Assembly: GCA_964535935.1 (NCBI GenBank)
Contig: CAZHWM010000012.1
Coordinates: 65,232 to 129,231 of the forward strand
From: an uncultured Planctomycetales bacterium
Lineage (GTDB): Bacteria > Omnitrophota > Gorgyraeia > Zapsychrales > Zapsychraceae
DNA: 64,000 nt
Reading direction: 5' to 3'
Each line of letters opens with the position of its first letter. Within the stretch, counting starts at the first letter, position 1. The translations under genes were made by a program, and so were the position numbers. This document shows, piece by piece, positions 9,046-17,668 of the stretch. Below the pieces are notes generated by a model. The model was given only the letters and a program-made list of their open reading frames with translations. It was not told the DNA's origin and ran no database searches.

Positions 9046-10098
9046 TTAGCTCTTTTTGTATTTATATCTTTTTACCCATTTTGCAGGTGAAATTCTTTCC
9101 CCTTTTATATTAAAAATAGCATGAATATATGCAAGGCATAGAAGTTTTAACCTTAAAATTTTGTAATCCATAAATACTATAATGTTTATACTGTTTCTTA
9201 AGAATATATAAATTATTTCTACCCAAAACTTTATATTTTTTTTATTACTATATTTTTTCCGGAGAAACAAACTATTACGTTTACCATAATATCTCTTCCA
9301 TAAATTTTCAATATTCTCGTAATTATTATTCTTATATTTTTCCCCCACCCGGTCTTTATGAATAATAATTGCTTTTTTATTCAAGTAAATTTTACCATAA
9401 TCGTTCAATCTCCAACAATACTCTACATCATCATACCAAATAAAAAAATCTTTATCAGGAAACCCTTTTTCTGCTACCGCTTTCTTAGAAATTAATAACC
9501 CCACGAAGGAACTGTAATCTATTTCTAATAAATTTTCATTTTTGGAATAATCTTCTTTGGACAAAGGAATAACTTCTCCTTTTTCTCTGTTTATATATCC
9601 TCGGTGTACTTTTTGAATCTCTCCTTCTGTATCAATTTTAAGAGGAGTTAATGCAGATATTTTAGAAGATAATAAATTGATACTATTTAACAATATTTTT
9701 AAACAGTCCTTTTCAGGTTCTGCATCATCATCCATCAACCATAACCAGTCATAGCCTTTTTCATATCCTCTTTTTACGCCCTCATAAAAGCCCCCAGCTC
9801 CACCAATATTTTTATGTATTCTAACGTAGTGAATTTTTAGCTCATTTTTGTTATCTTTTGCAGACATGAACATTTTACTCTCAGATTCCAAAGGATAATC
9901 GATAGGTTGTAAAATTTCCTTTATATATCCTTTTTTTTTCAATAGGACAGGGGTCCCATCCGTGGAGGCATTATCAATTATGTATATAGCATGTAAAGGA
10001 TATGTTTGTTTTAAAATAGAGTCCAGGCATTCCAACAATAAATCTTTCCTGTTATAAGTTACCACTACTGCGCATATTTTTTCTTGTTTATTGTCCAT
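9046..10098 (-). CDS. glycosyltransferase family 2 (GlfT/rhamnosyltransferase-like)
   Basis: CAVVVTYNRKDLL, IIDNASTDGT, NIGGAGGF, LWLMDDDAEPE and WYDDVEYCWR are present. Confidence 0.8.
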   Translation of the reverse strand: MDNKQEKICAVVVTYNRKDLLLECLDSILKQTYPLHAIYIIDNASTDGTPVLLKKKGYIKEILQPIDYPLESESKMFMSAKDNKNELKIHYVRIHKNIGGAGGFYEGVKRGYEKGYDWLWLMDDDAEPEKDCLKILLNSINLLSSKISALTPLKIDTEGEIQKVHRGYINREKGEVIPLSKEDYSKNENLLEIDYSSFVGLLISKKAVAEKGFPDKDFFIWYDDVEYCWRLNDYGKIYLNKKAIIIHKDRVGEKYKNNNYENIENLWKRYYGKRNSLFLRKKYSNKKNIKFWVEIIYIFLRNSINIIVFMDYKILRLKLLCLAYIHAIFNIKGERISPAKWVKRYKYKKS

Positions 10099-10100
10099 TT

Positions 10101-11420
10101 TTAATATCCTAAAATTTTTTTAATTTTAAATCCATCTTTTATAGAATCAACTATCCCTTGGAATTTCCATTTCCCGTATCTACCTATTTGATAAATGTTA
10201 TTTTCTCTAAGAATATTAATTGTTTCATCTTGCCAATTTGCATTTGTTGTTTGCCATGTATAAGCCACATCTATCCAGGTAGTGTTTACTACTTCTGCCT
10301 CGGAAATATATTCTGCTTCCATTAATTCTGCAACTATTTTTTTAGAAATCGATTTTATCTCTTCACTACTCGGTTTATTCCCTCCCAAAAAAGCTTTTTC
10401 TACGTATATAACTACACGATCATTATTTTCTCTAAAAGATATAGGGGAGAAAGATTTATCTACATTACTATAAAAACCAACTCTGTGGAATCCAGATTTA
10501 CTTTTAGGGAAATAAATCCAATGATAAGCTGGCAACTTTTTTCCTTTTTTTGCACCAATATTTACAACTAATACAGAGGTATAACACGGTATAATAGATT
10601 CTCCTATCTTTATTTCTGTTAATTGTAACATTTTGTTCAAAGGTAAAGTTGAAATTATCATGTCATATTTTACAGTTTCCCCATCTTCAAAATAGATCTC
10701 TTTTCTTTTAGGGACTATCTTTACAACTTTTTTATTAAAATTGATTTTACATCTTTCAGCCATTTTTCTAATCAACATATCTAACCCTTTTTGAGGATAG
10801 ACAAAACTCGCATTATAACCTACATTGGGTGACTTTTCTTTTATTCCTTTTAAAATTAGTTTTTTATTTATAGGGGTTTTAAATTTATCTTGTGGGGTTA
10901 TTTGTGTGTATAGATCAGCGGTATACAATTTATGAAATGGGAAAAAAAATAATTCACATAAAGTTTTTCCAAAATTGATTTCTAACCAATCAGATAGCGT
11001 ATTTACATCTTTATCTCCATTCTCAGAATCTAAGATTTCTTTTAATATTTTTTCCCTGATTTCTTCAGGTAAATAAATAAGATGATCTTGTAAAGGATAG
11101 GGAATATAGAGATCCAAATCAGGCAAATATACTGCGGAATTCCTTTTATAACGGTTAACCTTTACTAATGAAGTTATAAAATTTAAAATCTCTTTATCCG
11201 CACCAAAAATCCAATGGCCCCCCCCTATTTCAAATCTATAAGAGTCCTCTGTTTGCCGATAGTAACTTATTCTTCCGTTCAAATCCATATAATAGGATGC
11301 ACATATCCCACCAGCGATATTAGAGGCCTCATAAATTGTACATTTCGTATCTAACCCAGCACTTAATCCGGTTATTCCTGAACCTAAAATTATACCATTT
11401 TTTTGCATTTTATCCCCCAT
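10101..11420 (-). CDS. FAD-dependent flavoprotein resembling eukaryotic-type UDP-galactopyranose mutase
   Basis: The dinucleotide fold is [26 protein letters not shown] matches fungal UGM [42 protein letters not shown] and IGRYGKWKF match RGRFGSWRY. The stop lies 2 nt before the next gene's start. Confidence 0.55.
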   Translation of the reverse strand: [439 protein letters not shown]

Positions 11421-11437
11421 TTCTCCATATAACTTTA

Positions 11438-12718
11438 TTAAAGTAATAATTTTTTGTGATATAAATAAAAAAACATACTAGCTGTAACAAATATTTCGGT
11501 AACCAAGACAGATATAGAAATACCAATATATTTGTAACATGGAGTTAATAATAATGCTAGAATTATGTTAATAATCCCTGCTGAAATAAGAATTCTTGAG
11601 AATGCTTTCTTAAAGTTAAATGTAAGCATTATTTGAATACCTAGAATGTTACTTAAAGAAATTATAAATGGTAGGAATGACAAGATTTGCAGTACAATTA
11701 TAGACTGTTGAAACTGTCTACCCAGTATTATATTTATAATAGGTCTAGCAAATATTAAGATAAATAAAGAAATGGCAAAGCTTATTATACCTATAAAAAT
11801 AAGTATCTTCTTTGTAAAATTCAATGCTTTTTGTTTAGATTGAACTACTAGTTTGCTTATATAAGGATAAATAGTTTGTGAAAATGGGTGTAATATCCTT
11901 TGTATTACTGTAATTATTTTCTCTGCTGCTACATAATATCCTACGACAGCATTATTTGTAAATAGTCCTAATATAAAAGTATTACTATTTGTGTATAAAG
12001 TAATCGACATTGTAGAGATAAATACATACCAACCTTCTTTTAATTGGTAACTTATCTGCTTAAAGTTAGGCACAATGAACTTAATCTCAAAATTTTTATA
12101 TATAATCCATAATCCTATTATACCAGTTACCAAGAATCCTAAAGAAGTTATTAGAGGCACATAGATATAATCCTGTATCTTTTTTACAAATATAAAAATG
12201 GAGACTGTAAATATAATTTTTGATACTATATTTGAAAGGGTAATATATTTCATTTTTTCCATTCCTTGGAAGAACCATATGGGGAATAAACTTTGACCTA
12301 ATACACTGCCAAAGGTAAATATATATATTAACCAATGACTTTTAATTTTGGGGATACTAAGAATCAATCCTATTAAAATAATAAAACTAATCAGCATAAA
12401 ACAAAATTTAATTGACATTACTGAACTAAATATTTCTGAAATTTTGTTTTTATTTTCTCTATATATAGATATTTCCCTGGTTGCAGATAAATTAAATCCA
12501 TAATCTGTTAAAATAACAAAATATTGAATGAATGCTTTGGCGAAAGCAATTAACCCATATTTTTCTGGGCCTAAAACTCTTACCAAGTAAGGTAAAGTAA
12601 TTATTGGTAACACGTAATCCATTATTTGTAAAAAGGAGAGCGAAAGGAAATTTTCAATCAAAATATTTTTTTTTTTAGAAAAAAGAAATTTTTGGAAGGT
12701 ATCTTTTATGAATTCCAT
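11438..12718 (-). CDS. wzx: polysaccharide/oligosaccharide flippase (Wzx, MOP superfamily)
   Basis: This is a 426-aa polytopic membrane protein. Its N-terminal pattern LPIITLPYLVRVLGPEKYGLIAFA is typical of Wzx/RfbX. Confidence 0.75.
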   Translation of the reverse strand: MEFIKDTFQKFLFSKKKNILIENFLSLSFLQIMDYVLPIITLPYLVRVLGPEKYGLIAFAKAFIQYFVILTDYGFNLSATREISIYRENKNKISEIFSSVMSIKFCFMLISFIILIGLILSIPKIKSHWLIYIFTFGSVLGQSLFPIWFFQGMEKMKYITLSNIVSKIIFTVSIFIFVKKIQDYIYVPLITSLGFLVTGIIGLWIIYKNFEIKFIVPNFKQISYQLKEGWYVFISTMSITLYTNSNTFILGLFTNNAVVGYYVAAEKIITVIQRILHPFSQTIYPYISKLVVQSKQKALNFTKKILIFIGIISFAISLFILIFARPIINIILGRQFQQSIIVLQILSFLPFIISLSNILGIQIMLTFNFKKAFSRILISAGIINIILALLLTPCYKYIGISISVLVTEIFVTASMFFYLYHKKLLL

Positions 12719-12834
12719 TTTTTCTTATCAATTTATATCTATGTAAAATTAGTAATATATCTAACCACTTATTCCAAATGAAAAATTTTCTTAGAGCTTA
12801 TATGAACTGTGATTTATATTATTAATAAAAAAAC

Positions 12835-13860
12835 TTAATTACTTTTGAGAGCGCTCAATTGTTTTATTGCTTCAATAACATCAGTAACCCTAATTTTTTT
12901 CATACACAAATTATCCCCATATCTACATTGTTTATCATCGCAAGGAGGGTTACAGAATTTACGATCAATTTTTTTTCTAACAATACCTATTTTTCTATTA
13001 CCATCAATATAAGGATACCAACATTCTTTTGAAGGACCACATAAAACTACTTGAGGTACTCTAAGTGCATTGGCAATCCACATAGGGCCAGAATTAGTCG
13101 AAATAAAAAGATCCGCTTCGTTAATCAAGGCTGTCGTCTGAGGTATAGTAAACTTATTAACAACATTTATTACAGGCACATCTAACAATTTGATAACTTT
13201 CTCTGTTTTATCTACATCCACATAACTTCCAATAAAGAAAACATTAGCTTTATATTGTTTAACCAAAAATTTTACAACCTCCGCCCATTTTTTTTCAGAC
13301 CACATCCTTGAGTAAACCCCCTTATTTGCACCGATATGAAAAACAACTTTTGGAGTATTTTCATGGAATACACTATTTTTAAGAAAAATTTTTATATTGT
13401 AGCTTTCTTCCACAAAAGAGAAAGGGATAAACGGTTCATAATCACTTTCGTTAATATTTATATCTATTTTTTTTAAAATATCAAGTTTTAGACGACAGAC
13501 ATTTATATGCCTTAACGCTGGGAATTCTGTGCTTTTATAGAATATCTTTTTTTCTGCCCTAAGCGATGTTATCAATAAACTGTAGAAAAAATTTTTCGGA
13601 TATCCCAATGGCCTAGTTAGCCCTCCCCAACCGATTAATATATCTAGTTTTTGTTTAAAAAGTAAAGGAATTTTTGTTATCCTCCCATAAGTTATTATTT
13701 CGTCTAAAAGATCTATTTTAGTGTTCTCAATGAACCCCCCATCATAAGAGTAAAGATTGACTCTCGAATTCGGATAAACTCTTTTAAGTTTCCTTAAAAG
13801 AGGGGATATAGAAATTATATCCCCTATAGCAGCTGGAGAAATTATAGCTATTTTTTTCAT
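12835..13860 (-). CDS. glycosyltransferase family 9 (heptosyltransferase-like)
   Basis: IISPAAIGDIISISPLLRKLKRVYP, TNSGPMWIANALRVPQVVLCGPS and the C-terminal Cys cluster CNPPCDDKQCRYGDNLCM are present. Confidence 0.8.
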   Translation of the reverse strand: MKKIAIISPAAIGDIISISPLLRKLKRVYPNSRVNLYSYDGGFIENTKIDLLDEIITYGRITKIPLLFKQKLDILIGWGGLTRPLGYPKNFFYSLLITSLRAEKKIFYKSTEFPALRHINVCRLKLDILKKIDININESDYEPFIPFSFVEESYNIKIFLKNSVFHENTPKVVFHIGANKGVYSRMWSEKKWAEVVKFLVKQYKANVFFIGSYVDVDKTEKVIKLLDVPVINVVNKFTIPQTTALINEADLFISTNSGPMWIANALRVPQVVLCGPSKECWYPYIDGNRKIGIVRKKIDRKFCNPPCDDKQCRYGDNLCMKKIRVTDVIEAIKQLSALKSN

Positions 13861-13878
13861 AAAGACCCTATTTATCGT

Positions 13879-14934
13879 CTATCTAACCAACCTCTCAATG
13901 CATTCCCTAATATGCTTTCCTATCACTTTAGGTGAACATCTGCTACGAAATAATTGATATCCATTTTCTGCAATCTTTCTGCGTAGTTGTTCATCCTCAT
14001 GCAACGTCTTTATTGCCTCAGCCAGACTCTTAGGGTCTGCTGGCTTACATAAAAAAGCGGTTTCCTTATGAGCTAACAACTCTCTTGCTGCAGGTGTATC
14101 TGCAGTGATTAGTGGTTTTGCCATTGCAAGTGCTTCATAAACTTTATGCGGAATAACAAGACCTGCTTTCTGAGTATCTCCAAAGATTCCCAGACAAACG
14201 GATGCTCTTGCAATATATTCTGGCAATTGTTCATATGGCACAGAATCTATAAAATCAATATTATTTACATCATATCTATCTGCTATCTTTATACACTTTT
14301 TAAGCTCTCTCCCTCTACCTATCATCTGAAATTTTATCTCTGGAATAAAGGATGCAGCTTTTATTATATATTCCGCCCCATGCAAAGGCTGAAACTCACC
14401 ATGGAAATGGACAATAAATTCTGAATCTCTACCCTCTCTTGGAAACATTATAGAAGTATCAGAACTAACCCATAGCCGTCTGAATTTATTTTTTGAAAGT
14501 TTATATTCTTCGCAGAAAAACTTAATATGTTCCTCTGTATCTAAAAATACCATATCTGCTAACTTACAAGAAATCTTATCAAATAGCCTAGCAATTTTAG
14601 CAAAAATACTACCCTTAGATATTGCTTTACGGTCAAAGACCAATGTTTGATACACAGAAATAAATGCATCAAAAATAATTTTCTTGCGTGTAAATAATTT
14701 CACAATTGGGAGCAAAAACTGGCCTAAAAATCCTACAAAAATAATATCACACTCTCTCTTGTGCCTCAAAAATCTAAAAAAACTCTTAATATATCTAAAT
14801 ACATTTCTATCTGGACAGGAACAATCATATACTATGATATTTACTTGTCTCATCGCATTTAACAAGACCCTGTTTCGGGAGTAGCCTGATTCTCTACCTG
14901 GGATATAACATATCTTAATTATCCTACCACTCAT
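13879..14934 (-). CDS. glycosyltransferase family 4 (GT-B, GT1 clan)
   Basis: The C-terminal GT-B motif is LVIPHKVYEALAMAKPLITADTPAARELL. Confidence 0.8.
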   Translation of the reverse strand: MSGRIIKICYIPGRESGYSRNRVLLNAMRQVNIIVYDCSCPDRNVFRYIKSFFRFLRHKRECDIIFVGFLGQFLLPIVKLFTRKKIIFDAFISVYQTLVFDRKAISKGSIFAKIARLFDKISCKLADMVFLDTEEHIKFFCEEYKLSKNKFRRLWVSSDTSIMFPREGRDSEFIVHFHGEFQPLHGAEYIIKAASFIPEIKFQMIGRGRELKKCIKIADRYDVNNIDFIDSVPYEQLPEYIARASVCLGIFGDTQKAGLVIPHKVYEALAMAKPLITADTPAARELLAHKETAFLCKPADPKSLAEAIKTLHEDEQLRRKIAENGYQLFRSRCSPKVIGKHIRECIERLVR

Positions 14935-14938
14935 ATCT

Positions 14939-15940
14939 CTATATCTTATATACCTTTTTCCAATACCTTTCTAAAAATCTTTTCTTATCCTCCATCCACT
15001 TCATATTTTCCATATACCATGCAACTGTCTTTCGCATACCTTCTCCAATAGCAGTCTTGGCTCGCCATCCTAAACGCTTAATCTTTGCACAATTTACAGA
15101 ATACCTGAAATCATGCCCTGCTCTGTCCTGGACAAATTGTATCAAATTCTCAGGTTTATCTAATAATTTAAGAATGGTCTTTACAGTATTGATATTCTCT
15201 CTATCAAAATAGCTTCCTATATTATATATTTCACCTATCTTGCCCTTCTCTAACAAAATCTCTATTGCTTCGGCACAATCAGATACATAAAGCCACTCCC
15301 GTATTTGTTTTCCCCTTCCGTAAACCGGTACTGGCTGATTATGCATTGCCTTAAAAATAACTACTGGAATTAATTTTTCAGGGTACTGCCATGGACCGTA
15401 ATTATTAGCAGGTCTTATTATAATAGCAGGAAAGTTATATGTCCTTATAGCAGCTCTCACTAACATCTCAGCAGATGCCTTTGTCGCTGAATATGGATTA
15501 TTGGGTTTAATAGGGGCTGTTTCAAGAAAACGCCCTGATTGACTCTCACCATATACTTCATCAGTTGATATATGCAAAAATCTATTTATCCCATATTTTC
15601 TACTTATATCAATCAGATTCTGCGTTCCTATTACATTTGTACGTATAAATGCGCCTACCTCCTGTATACTTCTGTCAACATGTGTCTCAGCTGCAAAATG
15701 AATAATAGCATCTGGTTTTTCCTTATCTACAACATCAGCCAATTTGGCCTTATTGCAGATATCTATCTTATAAAAAACATATCTTCCCGCTACATCCTTA
15801 AGCCGCAATAGGTCCCCTGCATAAGTAAGTTTATCTACTACTACAACCTTATACCCTTTATCAATAGAGTGTCTGACAAATTCACTTCCTATAAAACCCG
15901 CCCCGCCTGTAACTAATACTTTACGTATTCCTTTATGCAT
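14939..15940 (-). CDS. rfbB: dTDP-glucose 4,6-dehydratase
   Basis: [35 protein letters not shown] and RPANNYGPWQYPEKLIP are present. Confidence 0.92.
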   Translation of the reverse strand: MHKGIRKVLVTGGAGFIGSEFVRHSIDKGYKVVVVDKLTYAGDLLRLKDVAGRYVFYKIDICNKAKLADVVDKEKPDAIIHFAAETHVDRSIQEVGAFIRTNVIGTQNLIDISRKYGINRFLHISTDEVYGESQSGRFLETAPIKPNNPYSATKASAEMLVRAAIRTYNFPAIIIRPANNYGPWQYPEKLIPVVIFKAMHNQPVPVYGRGKQIREWLYVSDCAEAIEILLEKGKIGEIYNIGSYFDRENINTVKTILKLLDKPENLIQFVQDRAGHDFRYSVNCAKIKRLGWRAKTAIGEGMRKTVAWYMENMKWMEDKKRFLERYWKKVYKI

Positions 15941-16755
15941 TCTTCTACCACCTCTTTAATTGAACGAACAGGGAACCCTGTGTCCTCAAGTTTCTTTGTT
16001 GATAAAATTAAATTGGTTCTATCCAGCCCAAGCTCCTCTAAAGGCAATATCTCATACTTGAATTCAGGTCTGTATCTCCTGTAAACATCCATTAGCTGTG
16101 GATATCGTAAAGCTCCCTTACAAACCACATTGTATATACCTACCGCATCAATGGAAATAAGATATTTCATTGCCTTAATAAAATCAGGGACATATGTCAC
16201 AGAATTAGGGATATCTAAAACTCTCTTATACTTTATCAATTTATCAACTATATTCTTGGGATGAGGTCTGTTATCCATAGGTATCCGCATTCTTAAGATA
16301 AGGATATTATAACGAATGGCTAACTCCTTTAATACAGCCTCTGAATAAATCTTACTCCTGCTATAATATAAATCGTAGTAATCAGGGACTCTATTCTCTG
16401 TTATAGGCCTCTGTCTTTCATAATCATAGTGATAAATACACCCGCTAGAAATATGTACCAGTTTGATACCACACCGTAATGCTATCTCCCCAAGTAATAT
16501 AGGTACAAATGTATTTGCCATAATGGTCTTGTCAATATCCTTTTCGCAATCATCTACATTTTTTTTCCCTGTATACCCGATACAGTTGACTATGATTTTG
16601 GGCTTATATTTTTTAATTTCTGCATTTATATCCTTAAAAGAATATATCTTCCTATCAGATAATATCCAACCCAACTCATCATGTAGTCTATTACCTATAA
16701 AACCATTACCTAAAATTAAAATTTTATTTTTGTCAAACATCTTTTTATCTTTCAT
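15913..16755 (-). CDS. NDP-4-keto-6-deoxyhexose reductase of the NRS/ER type (probable bifunctional 3,5-epimerase/4-reductase) occupying the rmlD position
   Basis: [10 protein letters not shown] is the Rossmann motif. [48 protein letters not shown] and YSRSKIY match Arabidopsis NRS/ER (NYATGCIFEYD, LRVRMPISSDLTNPRNFITKISRYQKVVNIPNSMT) much better than bacterial RmlD (HYSTDYVF). The start could instead be the ATG at 16740. Confidence 0.65.
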   Translation of the reverse strand: MKDKKMFDKNKILILGNGFIGNRLHDELGWILSDRKIYSFKDINAEIKKYKPKIIVNCIGYTGKKNVDDCEKDIDKTIMANTFVPILLGEIALRCGIKLVHISSGCIYHYDYERQRPITENRVPDYYDLYYSRSKIYSEAVLKELAIRYNILILRMRIPMDNRPHPKNIVDKLIKYKRVLDIPNSVTYVPDFIKAMKYLISIDAVGIYNVVCKGALRYPQLMDVYRRYRPEFKYEILPLEELGLDRTNLILSTKKLEDTGFPVRSIKEVVEECIKEYVKY

Positions 16756-17614
16756 TTTTTAAACACCTCTTTAAATACTCTCCATAATCTGTTTTTATTG
16801 CCTTAGCCAACCTGCACAACTGGTTTGCATTTATATATCCCATACGATAAGCTATCTCTTCTATACAACCTATCTTAAGCCCCTGTCTATCTTCTATAGT
16901 CTTAATAAACATAGAAGCCTCTATAAGAGAATCATATGTACCTGTATCAAGCCATGCAAACCCTCTGCCGAGGAGTTTAACTTGCAACTTGCCCTTTTTT
17001 AAGTATGCCTTATTTACATCCGTAATTTCAAGTTCTCCTCTTGCAGATGGCTTTAGTTTCTTAGCTATGTTTATAACGTTATTATCATAAAAATATATTC
17101 CTGTTACAACCCAGTTCGAACGAGGAAATTTAGGTTTCTCCACTATAGAAGTTACCTTCTGATTCTTATCAAAGGTAATAACACCATAACGTTCAGGATC
17201 GTTTACACTATATGCAAAAACGACCGCTCCGTTCCTATTGGAAGCAGCCTCTCTTAAAAGATTAGTAAGTTTGTCTCCATGAAAAATATTATCGCCCAAT
17301 ATAAGGCATACAGAACTATTTCCTATAAACTCTTCACCTACAATAAAAGCCTGTGCTATTCCTTTAGGTTCTTGTTGGACAGCATAACTTATATCAAGCC
17401 CAATATCCTGCCCATTTCCGAATAATTTTTTAAAATTGTCGATATCTGCTGGCGTCGAAATAATCAATATCTCCCTTATCCCTGCCAGCATCAAAACAGA
17501 TAAAGGATAATATACCATAGGTTTATTATATACAGGCAAAAGTTGTTTACATACACCTCGTGTTATAGGGTAAAGCCTTGTAGCCCTCCCTCCAGCAAGG
17601 ACTATACCTTTCAT
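16745..17614 (-). CDS. rfbA: glucose-1-phosphate thymidylyltransferase
   Basis: [39 protein letters not shown] and the rest of the RmlA pattern are present. The length is 289 aa. Confidence 0.92.
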   Translation of the reverse strand: MKGIVLAGGRATRLYPITRGVCKQLLPVYNKPMVYYPLSVLMLAGIREILIISTPADIDNFKKLFGNGQDIGLDISYAVQQEPKGIAQAFIVGEEFIGNSSVCLILGDNIFHGDKLTNLLREAASNRNGAVVFAYSVNDPERYGVITFDKNQKVTSIVEKPKFPRSNWVVTGIYFYDNNVINIAKKLKPSARGELEITDVNKAYLKKGKLQVKLLGRGFAWLDTGTYDSLIEASMFIKTIEDRQGLKIGCIEEIAYRMGYINANQLCRLAKAIKTDYGEYLKRCLKNER

Positions 17615-17668
17615 TACTTTCTCCTTAAAATGAATTATTTTGTCATGAATATAGCCAAAAATATGTCT

